A DNA stretch of 63,998 nucleotides, counting the filler, from Dugesia japonica (taxonomy: Eukaryota): assembly GCA_001938525.1 (NCBI GenBank). It is 6 parts of 6 records of this genome, joined end to end, with 100 filler letters (N's around TTAATTAATTAA, not from the genome) between each part and the next. Parts side by side here need not be neighbours in the genome. Positions count along the whole stretch, not along the records: positions 55,759 to 63,998 come from MQRL01620565.1; 5 more parts are not named here. One strand, given 5' to 3'. Position 1 is the stretch's first letter. Every line of letters begins with the position of its first letter. This document shows positions 63,349-63,998 of this stretch, in pieces. Below the pieces are notes generated by a model. The model saw nothing but the letters and a program-made list of their open reading frames with translations. It had not been told where the DNA came from and ran no database searches. A program made the translations under genes and the position numbers.

Positions 63349-63925
63349 GTAGGCTGTCCGGAAAGTTCTTTCAGTTTTTACCGTAACACAGCTGTAATAA
63401 CTTTTAACATATTTGTGAAAGTAAAAAATTTGAAACGCATTTATTTTTAACACCTTGAGTGCTGCAANNNNNNNNNNNNNNNNNNNNNNNNGTTCACCCT
63501 ATTTTTTACTTTTAATTAACTCAAAATAAAGACAAAAAGTAATATTGCATTGATTTTCATTTATATATTTGTGTTTAATTATGTCTGTCAATCGTGAATC
63601 ATCTGTGTACCATGCGGCCAAGAACAAATTGTTTGTGAATCATTCGTGATTCATACAGCACCCAACGCCGTTAAAATTATCGAAAACAACTGTAAGTGAT
63701 CAATTGAAAAGGCAATATATTTCGAACTCTTACCAATTAACACTTTAACCAACTCAAATGTTTACTATCAGCAATTAAACAAATTCCTTGCAGCATAGAC
63801 ATCCAAAATTAGTAAATCGTTGAGGTGTTGTTTTCCATCATGACAACGAAAAACCTCATACATCTTGGAAGATTCAACAAAATTACTCGAACTTTACTAA
63901 AATTTGCTGCTGCATCCCACTATAT
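63349..63925 (+). mobile_element. Internally deleted mariner remnant
   Basis: TAGGCTGTCCGGAAAGTTCTTTC end; residual VYYQQLNK and HDNEKPH motifs. Confidence 0.55.
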
Positions 63926-63931
63926 ATTATC

Positions 63932-63998
<67 letters not shown>

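Overview
Very AT-rich eukaryotic DNA with (AAT)n microsatellites and ~45-bp GT-AG introns. A planarian flatworm such as Dugesia or Schmidtea would fit, but that is inference only. The window is six assembly pieces joined by N44-TTAATTAATTAA-N44 spacers, so adjacency across a spacer is unproven. It is dominated by decayed Polinton/Maverick (adintovirus-type) endogenous viruses. The largest piece (31.9-46.4 kb) carries pPolB, major and minor capsid, adenain, a PLA2-integrase fusion, a fibre-like protein with four tandem domains and an unexpected TBP-like pseudogene. Two further pPolB remnants and three AGTAG-type termini are also present. The window also holds Gypsy LTR elements, including a 2.56-kb solo LTR with a perfect 4-bp TSD and a diverged relative. 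The two share a codon-conserved small ORF, and the relative also carries an apparently catalytically dead DEDDh exonuclease. Other content: pogo/Tigger, mariner, hAT and Penelope remnants; an intronless Maf-type bZIP with a probable second decayed copy; one exon of a MOK kinase; and an unidentified multi-exon host gene. The best candidates for undescribed biology are (i) element-borne transcription factors (TBP-like in a Polinton; Maf bZIP near Polinton remnants and TTACNNAA arrays) and (ii) protein-coding cargo under selection inside long LTRs.
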